A stretch of DNA of 64,000 nucleotides from Octopus bimaculoides (lineage: Eukaryota): assembly GCF_001194135.2 (NCBI RefSeq), contig NC_068992.1, positions 67,285,887-67,349,886 on the forward strand, in the 5' to 3' direction. The position numbers and the translations under genes are program-made. This document shows, in pieces, positions 28,593-41,620 of the stretch (its first letter is position 1; each line of letters begins with the position of its first letter). The notes beneath the pieces were generated by a model that was not told where the DNA came from, did no database searches, and was given only the letters and a program-made list of their open reading frames with translations.

Positions 28593-28595
<3 letters not shown>

Positions 28596-28625
<30 letters not shown>

Positions 28626-28710
28626 CCTTCCTTCCCCCTCCCAAAAAGAAAAGCTCTACATTGTATTTGTCCCATCTTCGTTGAGCCCTGTGTGGCTAAT
28701 AAAAGAAATG
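28596..28710 (+). mobile_element. 5'-truncated 3' end of the same Tx1-like element, with an 11 bp target-site duplication
   Basis: ccttccccctcccaaaaagaaaagctctacattgtatttgtcccatctt..ttgagcc.tgtgtggctaataaaagaaatg is near-identical to 794-874. TATCTATACCT occurs at 28585-28595 and 28711-28721. Confidence 0.9.
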
Positions 28711-29433
28711 TATCTATACCTACGTACATATATATAATCACAATAGATTAAGAAATCTACGTATATAAATACGTTTTATGTATATATCTGACAGATGAAT
28801 ATTCCTGAACATTACGAGAAGTGAGGCATTAGCATATAATTGCAATGTCCGCATGAAAAAGAAAAGCTTGGAATGGCAAACGTCCCACAAAGTCTCTTTT
28901 AAAATGTTATATTAATGGGCAACGCCAGCGCTTTTTTATGCAACTTTAAAAAATATTTTCGGTCGATACTGCGCAAATCTATCATGTTGACAGCATTGGC
29001 ATAAGACAAATCCATGATCAGTCTTTTATTGTTTTACAAAAATGTGTCAGAAGGAGGAAATAATTTCATTCGCAAACTCAATATTTGCTAAGTTTACGAT
29101 TAACTGCTTTATGCTTTATGTCGTTTATATGATTAAGTGCTTTTAGAATAAATCATTAGAGCAACGATTGAACAACTCTATGACGTAATCTGGGGAATAT
29201 ATTTCTTCGTTTGTTGATAACATTTTCCCTGTTTCCAGAGATATGCAAATACTAAGATAGAATTCGCTTTTTTTTTCTCATTTTCGTAACCCTTATTGAA
29301 ATGTTTTTCTTGGATCAATTATTGAGAATTACGTTACCAAGTTCGTCCTTATCCCCAAAGGCAATAAATGCCACGCACACATACACACCACACATATACA
29401 CCCGCACCCAGACACGCATACACAAGTCTTTCC

Positions 29434-29474
<41 letters not shown>

Positions 29475-29502
29475 TATTAAGAAACAGAAAAAATATCACA
29501 AT

Positions 29503-29544
29503 AACTGTTAAATTGAGTTTCACGTTCCCGTTCGTCGGATAGTT
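29503..29544 (-). ncRNA. Third copy of the CCGACGA hammerhead-like motif, degenerate in stem III, at a gap edge
   Basis: Minus strand aactat-CCGACGA-ACGggaaCGT-GAAA-ctcaatt-TA-acagtt. Confidence 0.5.
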
Positions 29545-30199
29545 TTGTTTTTATTTTTTTTNNNNNNNNNNNNNNNNNNNNNNNNNNNNNNNNNNNNNNN
29601 NNNNNNNNNNNNNNNNNNNNNNNNNNNNNNNNNNNNNNNNNNNNNNNNNNNNNNNNNNNNNNNNNNNNNNNNNNNNNNNNNNNNNNNNNNNNNNNNNNNN
29701 NNNNNNNNNNNNNNNNNNNNNNNNNNNNNNNNNNNNNNNNNNNNNNNNNNNNNNNNNNNNNNNNNNNNNNNNNNNNNNNNNNNNNNNNNNNNNNNNNNNN
29801 NNNNNNNNNNNNNNNNNNNNNNNNNNNNNNNNNNNNNNNNNNNNNNNNNNNNNNNNNNNNNNNNNNNNNNNNNNNNNNNNNNNNNNNNNNNNNNNNNNNN
29901 NNNNNNNNNNNNNNNNNNNNNNNNNNNNNNNNNNNNNNNNNNNNNNNNNNNNNNNNNNNNNNNNNNNNNNNNNNNNNNNNNNNNNNNNNNNNNNNNNNNN
30001 NNNNNNNNNNNNNNNNNNNNNNNNNNNNNNNNNNNNNNNNNNNNNNNNNNNNNNNNNNNNNNNNNNNNNNNNNNNNNNNNNNNNNNNNNNNNNNNNNNNN
30101 NNNNNNNNNNNNNNNNNNNNNNNNNNNNNNNNNNNNNNNNNNNNNNNNNNNNNNNNNNNNNNNNNNNNNNNNNNNNNNNNNNNNNNNNNNNNNNNNNNN

Positions 30200-30248
<49 letters not shown>

Positions 30249-33187
30249 TTGTGTGTGTGTGTGCATGCCCGTGCGTGTGTATGTGTGCGCGCGCGTGTGT
30301 GTACCCACTCCTTACACAAATAGTTACAATCAGATCAATATACAATTCCGCTAATATATATAGAAACTAACTCTTATTCAAGTTCAGAATGAATACAATA
30401 ACATTTTGTATGAATGAATGTTTGTGCATGTTGATCTAAATGTGAGTGATTATGTCTTTTTTTTTTTTACAGTGACACACAAATGTGCTTTTGTGCGTCT
30501 GAAAACAATCAAGAGTTGCCATTCGCTTAATATCAGTGCCATATTATATGATTCTATATCCAGTATATTCGTTACCTGAACAGCGACATGGAAAACTCTT
30601 CCTCGGCAGACTAATACCATCACTCATATATTCACACGAACACGCACCATGTGTGCGTCTCTGTGTGTGTATGTTTGTACGTTTATGCGTGTGTGTGTGC
30701 TTTTGCGTGTATGTTTGTGTGTGTTTTTACATGTATGTGTGCGTGTATGTTTTGGCGTGTATGCGTGTGAGTATGTTTGTGCGTGTATGTGTGCGTGTAT
30801 GTTTGTGCGTGTGTGCTTGTGCGTGTATGTATGTGTGTGTGTGTTTTTGCATGTATGTGTGCGTTTTTGTCTGTGTACAACAATGTTTGCACATGCAGAA
30901 TTGTTAGAGAGGGTGAATAAACGTTAAGTTTTCGAGAATTTTATTAGAATTCTTTAAGTTTTGAATTATAGTCTATTCCGAATTCCAGCATTTTACCAGT
31001 GTTATATTAGTTAGGTCAATGATTTTTCTCTAATGAATCTTACATATTGGTTGCATTTCTTTTAGAAAATCTATTTCTAAATACCTTATCATTATAATTT
31101 AATCGCAATATTTCTTTCCCGTATTATATTTGTTTACCATGTTTATAAATTTAACCTTGCCTTATATAATTTTCATTAGAAGTCAAATAATGGCAATTGA
31201 ATTGAGAGAGAAAATCCGTCAGTTTATCCAGCTGGTCAATGCACTTCGTGTTGATTGAATTCCGAACATTATATATAGTTTCCGTTAAAACATCATGTCA
31301 GCAAGTTTTGTTTGTTAAATGCTAAACCAAAACATACAAACAGTAATGTGGCTTAAATCGAAAATCATTTAAGAGAAGAATTTGGTTTTAATGGACAAAA
31401 GAAGAAAAAAAAGACTTAAATTTAATTGTTGATATTTATCCTCGCCGTCGTCATAAAGATCATTTGCTCATTCGTTCGAATGATTAGCAAGGATTATAAT
31501 CCTGCTAATATTCTCATAATCTCTGCTAAATTCACAGCATATTAACACCAGATGCAGCTGGGAATATATTGATTTTTTATGCCTTCCAGCTCGGCAGCAT
31601 TCAATTTCAGTCTTGGTTTGAGTTGGTTCGGGTTATTTATACGTTGCTCTGAAACATAAAATATTTTCCATTCTTTCAATGATTTTTTAGCAATATTTCT
31701 TCGAGAATTACTCTTTTGTTACATGCAATATTAGTACTGCAACATATTTCACTTTTTCTTGGTACTAGTTATTCATAATTTATGCAATGCATGTTATAAA
31801 TTACCGATGTTATTAATAAGTTTCATACTTAACAGTGACACACATGTTTTAGCGGCTCGTGGTCATTTTCTCTCGTAGACTTTTTATATAATTTATTTAA
31901 TGGTTAGCAGTGCCAGAAGATTCCAACTGTCACGATAAAAGAAAGCTATCTTTATATAGTTCTCCAGTTATATATAACAGATCATCAGCCTTTAAATTTT
32001 GGTGCGAAAATGGATGTCTAAATATTAATGTTCCACGGCAATATATGATAAAGAATTCTCCACTAAAGAATATGAGATGCTAACTCATGAAATAGACTAC
32101 AATATTAGAGAGACGGTCTGTATGCATGAGGATTGCAATTAGAGCTCCATAATACACATACACATGCACACACGCATGTGTGTGTGTGTGTATGTGTATG
32201 TGTGTTTGAGTATGTGTGTACGTGTGTGTGCGTGTATGTGTTTGCGTACGTGTTTTGAGCATACGTTGTAAAACTCGAAAAGATATTTAGAAGAAAATAA
32301 ATTTTTAGTAGCGTAAATGCTTTTAAACTGACAATGATTCCCCTAGCAGCTTTCCTCATAAATTGTTCTCCAGTATTTCTGTAGAATTCTTGCTTCCGGT
32401 TCGTATTTTACTAGTATCTTCTCATTTATTAAACTTACTGCGTGAGTAAATGAATAAGAGAGAAATTTACTTGTGAAATGTCAATCTCCTTTTACATACT
32501 TACTCATTTATCTAATCATATTTGAATCTGTATCTCACTATCTCCACATTAAACTATAAATCTATTATCTTTAAAATGTCTGTGTTACATTACGAAACTG
32601 AACGGTTATCACGACTACATCAACAGGCCTGCTAAGTATGGATTGGTATCTATGAAATATTAATCATATATAACTAACGGTGTGGAAGTAGCTGTTATTG
32701 AATCTCAAGTGACAGCATTTTATTACAGATAAAGTGATCGGTTGACATTTAACATTGATTTACAAAATAATATGACAGAATGCGTTAATGGTTTTTATTT
32801 TTTAATCGCAAAGTTATCACATTATAAAATTTAATACTCTTGGGCTTAATGATAATGGCTAATTAGAAATATCACTTGTAGCACGTAAAATATCGGATAT
32901 CTGGAAACTCTGGCTACATTGGAAGAAATAATTGCGAAAATAAAATTGTCTTGTTTTTAATACTTTTGGAAGAATTGCTGGAATGCAAAAATATAGTTTC
33001 CTGGGTCTATTGTTGGTTTGGGGAAGTATAACGTTATTGATAATGAACATTATGATTAAAATATTTATGATAAATATCAGGTGATCAATAATAACAAAAT
33101 CTCACCCACCACCAACAACGACAGCAATAAGTTGATGATGATGATGATAAGGACGACAACGACAACAACAATCATATTAGAAACTAG

Positions 33188-34703
33188 GTCGTTCAATTTT
33201 GCTTTCGACATTGCGTTCATTAGCTGACAAGCATTCTAAGACAATCAACGACATGTGTAAAGCAGGAGAAATCCATCTGCTATATTCGGATGACCTCAAA
33301 ATATTCACCAAAAATCTTAAAGACCTGGATTCTCTTGTGCAACCCATAAGATTATTTTGCAAGGATATCGGCATGCAGTTTGGGCTGAAGGAGTGTATAG
33401 CTTTAATACTGAAGAAAGGCTGAAAGATTAAATATGATGGTATAAATATAATACAAAAAGGTATCATATGATCACTGATAGATAAAATGAAGTATGCAAG
33501 GACCTAAGGATGTTGCAGAGTGGTAAAATAAAAGTAAATAAGAGAAGGATTAGGAATGTGCTCGAAACAAAACTAAATGAAGGGAATGTTATTAAAGCGG
33601 TGAATCCATACAGCTTGTCTAAAGTGGGGAGAAAACCACATCTACCGGAATTAGAAGGACTAGACTGTTGCTTAAATTGCATACTGCAAAGCACCTGTAG
33701 TGTAATATCGACATGCTCTATATAACAACTGAATAGGTAGAAGTTTATGAAATGCAGAAGACAATATCGGTGCTTCGATACCGGGTTTCAAACGTTGTGT
33801 TGTACGTGGAGAAGAAAAATCATTATCTGCATCAGAAATAACGACAAATAAGAGAAATCATAAACCGAAACAGGAATGAGATAATAAAAAGCTGGAAAGG
33901 GATGGGATGACAAGTGACTTTGATGCAATAAAACGAAAAAGTTAAATGAGTCGAACGCTGCTTATGAATAAAGGATAGAAACCTGAATGGAGAAACAGAA
34001 TCGCTGGTTATGGCTGTCCATAGGAACAAGCCATTAGAACAAATTCTATAGTGACAAATTGACTCAGGGAGTAAACATTGAACGTGTGGGAAATGTGACG
34101 AAAGCAGTGGCAATTTAGCTGAGTACACAATATTAACAAAAAAAACAAAAAAAAAAAACAACAGTATAGCGTTGAGCATAACGTTATCGGTAAGAGAGTA
34201 CACTGTGTTGACAGTCAATCTTGTGGCTTCAGAGTGCTGGAAATGTAGAATGAACACGCGAGACAGTCACAGTGAATTATCGTTACAGGATTTCAATAAA
34301 TTCTCCATAGCGACTGATCATAATATTGAAGCCAGTTAATCAGGTATGACCGTAGAAAACAGAAACAAAATGCGTAAGATCACAATGCTTGCATTACGGA
34401 ATGAAAGTAGAATGGATATGAAGGAGAGTAAAGAAAACTGGAAACGATTACGAATTAGCCAGAGAGAAGAATGGATGGTGGAACATAAAGACGAAGAGGT
34501 GTTCATGCAGTCGGTGGTTCATTTTGGTATTACAAACAAACTAGTACACAATGGACTCAATGTAATTGAGACTCATATTGTCCACCTGCTGGCGGGTGAC
34601 ATTCTGTAATGTGAAAGAAACACTGACATTCGAATTCTGGAGATTTGAGGAGAACTTATTGTCCTCAAACGTCCGGTTGCTTATGAAATCGGCTTGAAAT
34701 TCC

Positions 34704-34753
<50 letters not shown>
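33188..34753 (+). mobile_element. R4/Dong-clade non-LTR retrotransposon copy a (RT C-terminus to restriction-like endonuclease), decayed, (AAT)n tail
   Basis: IHLLYSDDLKIFTKNLKDLDSLVQPIRLFCKDIGMQFGLKEC carries the YxDD motif. The degenerate RLE region is in ORF 34346-34609 (..KITMLALRNESRMDMKESKE..). (AAT)n at 34704-34753. Confidence 0.75.
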
Positions 34754-34756
<3 letters not shown>

Positions 34757-35385
34757 AAGTGCCGCCACGATAAGGTGTGATTGTTTCTTCATTGGTTCTT
34801 ATGCCGTAAATACCAAAATGAAATAACAGAGAACTGGTACGAGCATGTACCAAGTAAAGTTATGCAGGAAGATGGAAAAGTAACGATACTCTGGGACTAT
34901 GATGTTCAGACGGATCCTGTAATCGAACAACGTCGGTCGGATAATGTCATATTGAATAAGAGAGAGAAATACTGTCAGATCATTGATGTAGCCATACCAA
35001 ATGACATGAACATTGTGAGTAAAGAGGTTGAAAAAAATCATGAAGTACTCTGAATTGAAAGTAGAAATGGCAAGACTATGGAATGCGAGAGGGTAATGTA
35101 AAAGTGATACCAGTGGAGATCGGAGCGTTGGGCTCAATCCCATTGAAACTTCAAGACTTCTTAAGGCAACTGGAAATCTCAGGCAAGACTGATGTCTTGC
35201 AAAAAGCAGCCTTACTGGGCACAGCGCTCATCTTAAGGAAAGTATTATCTGTCTGAGGTCCTTGTTGTGACTTGACAGATGACTAAAGACTCCGGTGCAT
35301 TTTTACCTAAACTGTGTTACGAAGGAATAATAATAATAATACTAACAACAACAACAATGATAATAATAACGATAACAATAATAAG
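34754..35385 (+). mobile_element. R4/Dong-clade copy b, 5'-truncated, starting inside the (AAT)n tail of copy a
   Basis: YKCRHDKV..HWFLCRKY...WYEHVPSKV..TILWDYDVQTDPVIEQRRSDNVILNKREKYCQIIDVAIPNDMNIVSKEVEK has the RHD and PD..D RLE motifs. It ends gttacgaagg(AAT)n. Confidence 0.85.
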
Positions 35386-35389
35386 AACG

Positions 35390-35595
35390 CTTTCTTTCTG
35401 CTAAACACAGTGGGGCTAAATCTTGTAAAGATGGGTGAAGTCGATAACATTTACCCCAGTGTTCAGCTGGTACTTGTTTCATCGACACCGAAAGGATAAA
35501 TGCAAAATTGACTTCCTCTGCCGAATGTGAACATAAAGAGACGGACAAAATGCTGCTAAACATTTCATTCGGCGTGTCAGCGGTTCTGCCAGTTT
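35390..35595 (-). mobile_element. tRNA-derived SINE, family A
   Basis: ccccagtgttcagctggtacttgtttcatcgacaccgaaaggataaa...ggttctgccag. Confidence 0.7.
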
Positions 35596-35649
35596 CAAAT
35601 CCAGGCTCGGGGCCAGCAGTATGTGAGGGGGAGGGAAAGTCCATTGCCT

Positions 35650-35805
35650 CGATGCTGGCACTTGACCGGCCCTCATTTTGATTGACCGAGAAAGAATGAA
35701 AGGCAAATGAACGTAGGCGGGACTTGAAATGACAACGGAAAGGCGCACGAAACGAGGCTAAGCATTTGGTCCGATGTATTAACCATTCTGCCTGCCATAC
35801 GCCTT
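35650..35805 (-). mobile_element. tRNA-derived SINE, family A, second adjacent copy
   Basis: gaccgagaaagaatgaaaggcaaa...gctaagcatttggtccg...cattctgcc. Confidence 0.6.
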
Positions 35806-35879
35806 ACATTGGTTCCGAATAATACCACTTTGAATCTCTTAATCCATCATTCTGCACCTACAAAAATTCCAGTCGCCGT

Positions 35880-37773
35880 AAATGCACGAATATGATTTAT
35901 AACCAGATTAGTAGAGAAATGTATCAAATGTACCGAAAATTCAGCGCGCAAGACTTCGCTGGAATTTAATATTTACACCAGATAAAAATAATCTAATGAA
36001 CGAGATTTGAGTCCTGCAAATAAAACCCTACACCGTGAGATAGGAGGATGATGCTATTTTACATTCATGGGTATAACTTCAATAAAAACTACAACGTATA
36101 CAAACTTTTGGAGGAAAATATTCGATATCTAAGCGTTAGAAGATGACTTGTGAAGAAAAACTTGTTTAATGGAACAGAATATCAGAAATCGAAAAGAAAA
36201 TGGAAAATATGGAACACATAACGAACACTCAAATACTGAATGTGAATTAAACAATAAAATAAAGAATACGTTCTGATATAAATGTAAAGCATGGAAAACC
36301 AATAAAAATATAAAAGACAACAAAATGAAATGTATGAACACTGACCAAAAAGTGAACTGATATTAAAAAAAAAATGGGAGAAGATAGTAGAAAAGGAATT
36401 CTAAAGATGAAAATCAGGAACATGACAAAGGCGTGAATAATTACAGAAGTAAAAACAAGGAAAGAACATACGATGGACCATCGAAAGTATTTCCATGGAA
36501 GATTTAAAAAAAGTTTTAGATGAAATATCAACAAGAAGAATAAGAAATCTGTCCAACGCAAACTTAATGGTAAAATCAATATTACCAGTTAAGGCAATAG
36601 TATATATATTTATATATAAGATACTGTTGTTGGAAAATAAATTTGGCACCGTCCAAGATTTAGACATACAGGAATATCGAAAATTCAAGCCAACGAGAAG
36701 TGAAATAAAGAGAGCGAGAGAGATAGTAAATAAGAGGAAATATATTTCAATGTTGAATGAAATCAATAAAGAAAGGACATAAGAGAAAGATTAGTGATAA
36801 GGGGACAAAAAGAAGTATCTGAGACGAAATAAAAAACGCCTGAAACAAGAGACAGTCGCAAAATCACTACTGGAAATCGGAACGAAAAGCGAGCATAATA
36901 GTTTGAACAAAATAAACAATTCTTTTCCTACCAAGAACTGTGTTATCAAGAATGATATTATCAAAAATTAAATAGATAGCAATATAGTACCAGAAGCAAG
37001 TAAAATAGAAGAATTTCAGTGAGAAGTATGGATAATGAAGGAATTACGAAGTACAAAATTGTTCAAAACAATGAAAATAACAGTCTAACAATCGAGGAGC
37101 ATCATAGGCCAAAAGTCGCCCCAGTAACTAACAAAATATAGGAAAGACAAGGAAATTTTAAAAAAATGAAAATACTTTAATAATCTGTGCATATTAAAGG
37201 GTGAAGATGGTGTTGAAATCCAACCTGAATGCCAAATATTTGATTACTGCAATGAATATTTGGGCAGTTGCGGTGGTCTGATATAGTGCGTCCATCCTCA
37301 AATGCACTAAGGAGGAAATATCGAGGCTGGATAGAAGGACGAGAAAATTGATAACGCTGCATGGAGCGCTACACCTTAACATATACGTAAACAGACTCTG
37401 GGACTCTGATTTTCAGACAGATCATTGATGTAGCCATACCGAATGACATGAATGCTGTGAGTAAAGAGGTTGAAAAAGTCACCATTGGCTTTGAACTGAA
37501 GGTGGAAATGGCAAGACTGTATGGGATGCGAGAGGGTAATGTAAAAGTGATAGCAATGGTGATAGGAGCGTTGAGCTGAATCCCATTGAAACTTCAAGAC
37601 TTCTTAAGGCAACTTGAAATCCCATGCAAGATTGATATTTTGCAAAAAGCAGCCTTAGTGGACAGGGCGCTCATCTTAAGGCAAGTATTATCTGTATGAA
37701 GTCCTTGTGACTTGACAGATGATTAAAGACGCCGATGCAATTTCTACCTACACTCTGTTACGAAGGAATAATA

Positions 37774-37817
<44 letters not shown>
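35880..37817 (+). mobile_element. R4/Dong-clade copy c, internally deleted, (AAT)n tail
   Basis: 37415-37766 closely parallels the copy b 3' end (cagatcattgatgtagccatacc...gttacgaaggaataataat). 37180-37400 resembles the post-RT region (ALHLNIYVNRL). The 5' boundary is uncertain. Confidence 0.7.
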
Positions 37818-37818
<1 letters not shown>

Positions 37819-38144
37819 TAGATGCAATGGAAATAATCGATAAAGGCAATAAAATTTATTAATCCCTGGCTTACCATCCATGCAAGAAGTGCAAGAGATT
37901 GTGTTTACTGGTCCGTCGCGCATATTGAGAAGCGCATTGTTGATATGAGAACGATTACCACGGAAATAAATGATAATGACTTTTCTTTTATTTTTTCGCA
38001 TTTGAATTTGTAAATAAACCATTTGGCGTGTTTATTTTAATGACATATCAATGTATACAGCTAGTTTCCTTGTCCTAGGTGTCTAATAGACACTCAACAA
38101 AAAAGAGAAACAAAATTGAAAGAACAATGAAAGAACAATAATAA

Positions 38145-38285
38145 TTCTTCCTAATTTTGGTACAAAACCAGCAAAATGTAACGGGAGGAATTACGTCGAT
38201 ACTATAGGATCCAGTATCTGATTGACGCCGCTATATATTGACCCCAAAAGAATGTAAGGCATCGGCAGGATTTGAAATCAAAATA
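38145..38285 (-). mobile_element. tRNA-derived SINE, family A, degraded
   Basis: taattttggtacaaaaccagcaa...gtcgat...gaccccaaaagaatgtaaggc...gatttgaa. Confidence 0.55.
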
Positions 38286-38644
38286 TTAATCACTGAAATA
38301 CTACAGTGCTTTTGTTACGACATTGAGAATCCATTGAGGAAGACAACACTACTTTTTCAATCATATTTGATGGTATCCTGCATTCGATATATGCAAGGAA
38401 AGAAATCATTCGCTAACTTTGGAAACATTCCCATACACAGGTAAGAACCTGAACACTATTTGGAGACAAGTAATCATTATTTTTGTATTTGCACACACTT
38501 TTACTTGCAACGTACGTACATACATGCATACTTAAAAACACAATCACACACATACATACTTACATCAGTCCAAGACTCTTACATATATACATACTTTCAT
38601 ACATACAGGTAAGAACATTTACATACATATGCCAGAATATGTAC

Positions 38645-38689
<45 letters not shown>

Positions 38690-39499
38690 TTGTACTCGCT
38701 TTTGTACATACATATACATTTGTAATTTTCGTAACTATTTTGTATAAACACATACACACGTATGTATATATTCATGCATACATATATATGTGTGTGTGTG
38801 CGTGTGTGTGTGTGTGTGTGTGTGCGTGTGTGTGTGTTTGTACGTACCTATATACGTGAATATATACATCTGTATGTGCGTTTAGACAAAATGACTACGA
38901 GAATTAAAAATGCTCAAAGAAAAAATGATATGAATTGCAGCAACTGCATAAAAACTGCAGAAGAACATTGCAGAGAAAGACGCATTGTAAAGAAAAGTTG
39001 AATTTTCTTTCGGCAATGACAATAGTTTCAATACTTCTGGCGAATTTTTGGACGAAAAAGCAACATTCGAACAAATATACTTAAACCCCACCACACACAC
39101 ACGAATACACGCACACGCACGCGAGCAAACACACACGAATACACGCACACGCACGCGCACACAAGCACACATATGCACATATATACATAAACGCTCATAC
39201 GTTCACGTATACACATGCACAAACACATACAGATGATTCGATGACTGTAAAGTAAATAAAGTAACTTCCACTGGAGGACCAGTTTTGTTTTCACAATATA
39301 TATATCTCAGAGCAGACGAGCTGTAGTCATGCAGCATTTAGATGGAAGCAAAATTGTATTGCAGCATTATGTAACAAGTATTGACGCTCTTTTATGAGAA
39401 GCCTTTACAATATAACCTCTCCTGCTGGAGACTGGATGTAATCTGTGTGCATTATGAAATCATCGGGCCCCACAGTGTGACATCCAAAACCATATATAT

Positions 39500-39541
<42 letters not shown>

Positions 39542-39829
39542 CGACAGAGAGAGAGAGAGAGATAGCGACAGAGAGAGAGAGAGAGAGAGAGATAGCGACA
39601 GATAGAGCGCGTATTCCATAATTTTGTTTTCAAGACTGATAATATAGTGGTACACATAAGCTGATAATCTAGTTTTATAACATGTGGAATAGAAGAACAC
39701 TTCGGAAGTATAACACCAGATCGCATAACGTTAACAACTTTAGTGAAACGCGTTGTTAGTAAGCAATATTTTGAGAGAAGATGAGATGACTTATGACTTA
39801 GTGTATCTTTCTGGTCGTACATTGCTGAG

Positions 39830-39962
39830 AAAACATGTACATGACCATTCTACGATCTACTACTGAATCTCTGGTGTCGGATCAGGCAAGAATGTCCATA
39901 ATTGTAAACGATGATGGAATGTACCCAATTCGACATCGGGGATCCTTACAACCATTGTCCAC
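39830..39962 (+). CDS. Candidate coding exon of an unidentified gene (possible divergent MAM-like repeat)
   Basis: Open frame NMYMTILRSTTESLVSDQARMSIIVNDDGMYPIRHRGSLQPLST ends at donor AC|GTAAGA. The acceptor is weak. It is phase-compatible with 40186. Confidence 0.25.
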
Positions 39963-40185
39963 GTAAGAATTTTCAAGTGGGTAACAAACCAGACATGTCT
40001 AAGACTTTGACTAAACATAACCAGTGGTGTTTCTTACACGTGATGGAATAAGCACTCGTTATATTACTTTTCTTTATGTTAAGCACACCTGTATTTCAAG
40101 ATATTCAAATGTAAATGTATATAAAGGAAATAAGTTCAGCTTTAATGATTTTTGTCTTTAACAACAACCATTGTTTTCCTTGTAG

Positions 40186-40327
40186 GGGATGCCTCAGAAC
40201 GTCAGCTTTTGAAGCCCCAGTTTATTTGTTAGGTGTTATCATTTCGAAAATAATTGTGAATAAAAAGTTGTTGAAAAAATTTAAATGGTACCCACAAACA
40301 AATGTTCTGCTTACCTCACCTATTCAG
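40186..40327 (+). CDS. Candidate coding exon following a 223 bp GT-AG intron
   Basis: Acceptor ttgttttccttgtAG, 47 open codons (GCLRTSAFEAPVYLLG...LLTSPIQ), donor CAG|GTAAAT. Confidence 0.3.
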
Positions 40328-40619
40328 GTAAATGTAACAATCTTCTAAACGCCTCCCACTGATAAAGTAATTCAAAGAATAATTTCCTTCCAATAGCTAT
40401 AAGTTGAACAGTTTTTTCCTGCAGTGTTGTCTGTTTACACCAAAATCCCAAATCTAGAAATGAACAAAATATTATTAATGGCATTTCTACTTTCTATGCC
40501 CGTTGTTTTGATGCGTTACAAGCTGTGGTTTCCATTTTCTCTTTTGAAATCTGTTTCCTACTTCCTCAAATTATGAACGACACTAGGTTGAATTCTGTTT
40601 AAAATTAAACTGAGGGACA

Positions 40620-41620
40620 CTTTCATGACAGTAACTAATGGCCCAATAAAGGTACTTTATTTACAGAAATCTCCATTCCTGGATAGTTTTTATAATCTCA
40701 GGTGAAATCCCACCAACGTTCGCATTTTTATTACTCTCTACCGGCTTTATAAACTTTGTAATATCAACTAGTCATTTTATTGTTTTCTCTTTTCCATTGC
40801 AAGATCCCGTTCAGCTGCGACAGTATTGTCATCATTTTGTAGAGTTGATCTATTTTATATTGCTTCAAAAAGTTTCGTCCTTCTATTTTTTATTTCTTTA
40901 TCTCTTGTCAAAAGCTGATCCAGTAAAAGTTTAGTTGGGGACTGTTGGCCTACCCCGGCAATACTTGTAATATCTTTAATTGTGTGATTATTTAATCTAG
41001 CTTTTTCAGTTTTAGTCTTATCTACAACAGCATTCAAGTATTCCTTGTCACAATTAATGAAATTTATGCAGCCATTTAACCTTCGATATTCCTCCTTTAT
41101 ATTAAGTTATCTTTCACGAAAATTTTCTGTTGCTTCCCATTCAAGTCTTGCTTGATTCCTCTTATGTATCGTGTATTTTGTTTTATTGTTAATTCCACTT
41201 TTCGTTTTCAATTGTCCTTCGCTTTCAACTTTAGCTGGTTCTTGTAATGTACCTCTTTGTCTCTTTCAGTTCCATCCATTAATATCTTGAGAACATCAAT
41301 TCTGTTTCTACATTCACACTAAGCTCTTAGCTTGAAATTCTTGTCAGCTCCCGTTTTCTATCTTTCTCTCTCCCTCTCTCGAAAGCTTTAAACATGAGAT
41401 TCTTGTTGACATCTTCCGATTTAGCTGAATTGTTAACTCTAACATTGTGAGCTGCCTATTGTTGCCAATATCGACAGCTCTCTTAAATGATGCATCTCTT
41501 AGCGACACCCTAAATCTTTGATCAATTAAAATGTAATTAGCTAAATCTAGTCGTTCCAAGTATATTTGTGTTTATTTCACAAGACAAAAATATATTGCCA
41601 ATTATCAGTTAGGTCTATAG
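40620..41620 (-). mobile_element. RTE-like LINE fragment (endonuclease C-terminus and linker), decayed
   Basis: LANYILIDQRFRVSLRDASFKRAVDIGNNRQLTMLELTIQL resembles the RTE IDHI.I..R.R.SL.D.R..RGADIGSDH.L motif. Confidence 0.6.

Noticed and set aside
31940-31995. Minus-strand CTGATGA followed by a TA-rich hairpin and GAAC
   Set aside because: It lacks the GAAA/A15.1-U16.1 pair and a valid NUH site; the hairpin is explained by a TATA palindrome.
20586-38440. Scattered + strand exon-like segments (20586, ~21406-21496, ~23828, ~25650, ~30473, 38307-38440) with a good acceptor or donor
   Set aside because: AG/GT signals are common in AT-rich DNA. None gave a recognisable domain or a consistent multi-exon frame, so they were not called.
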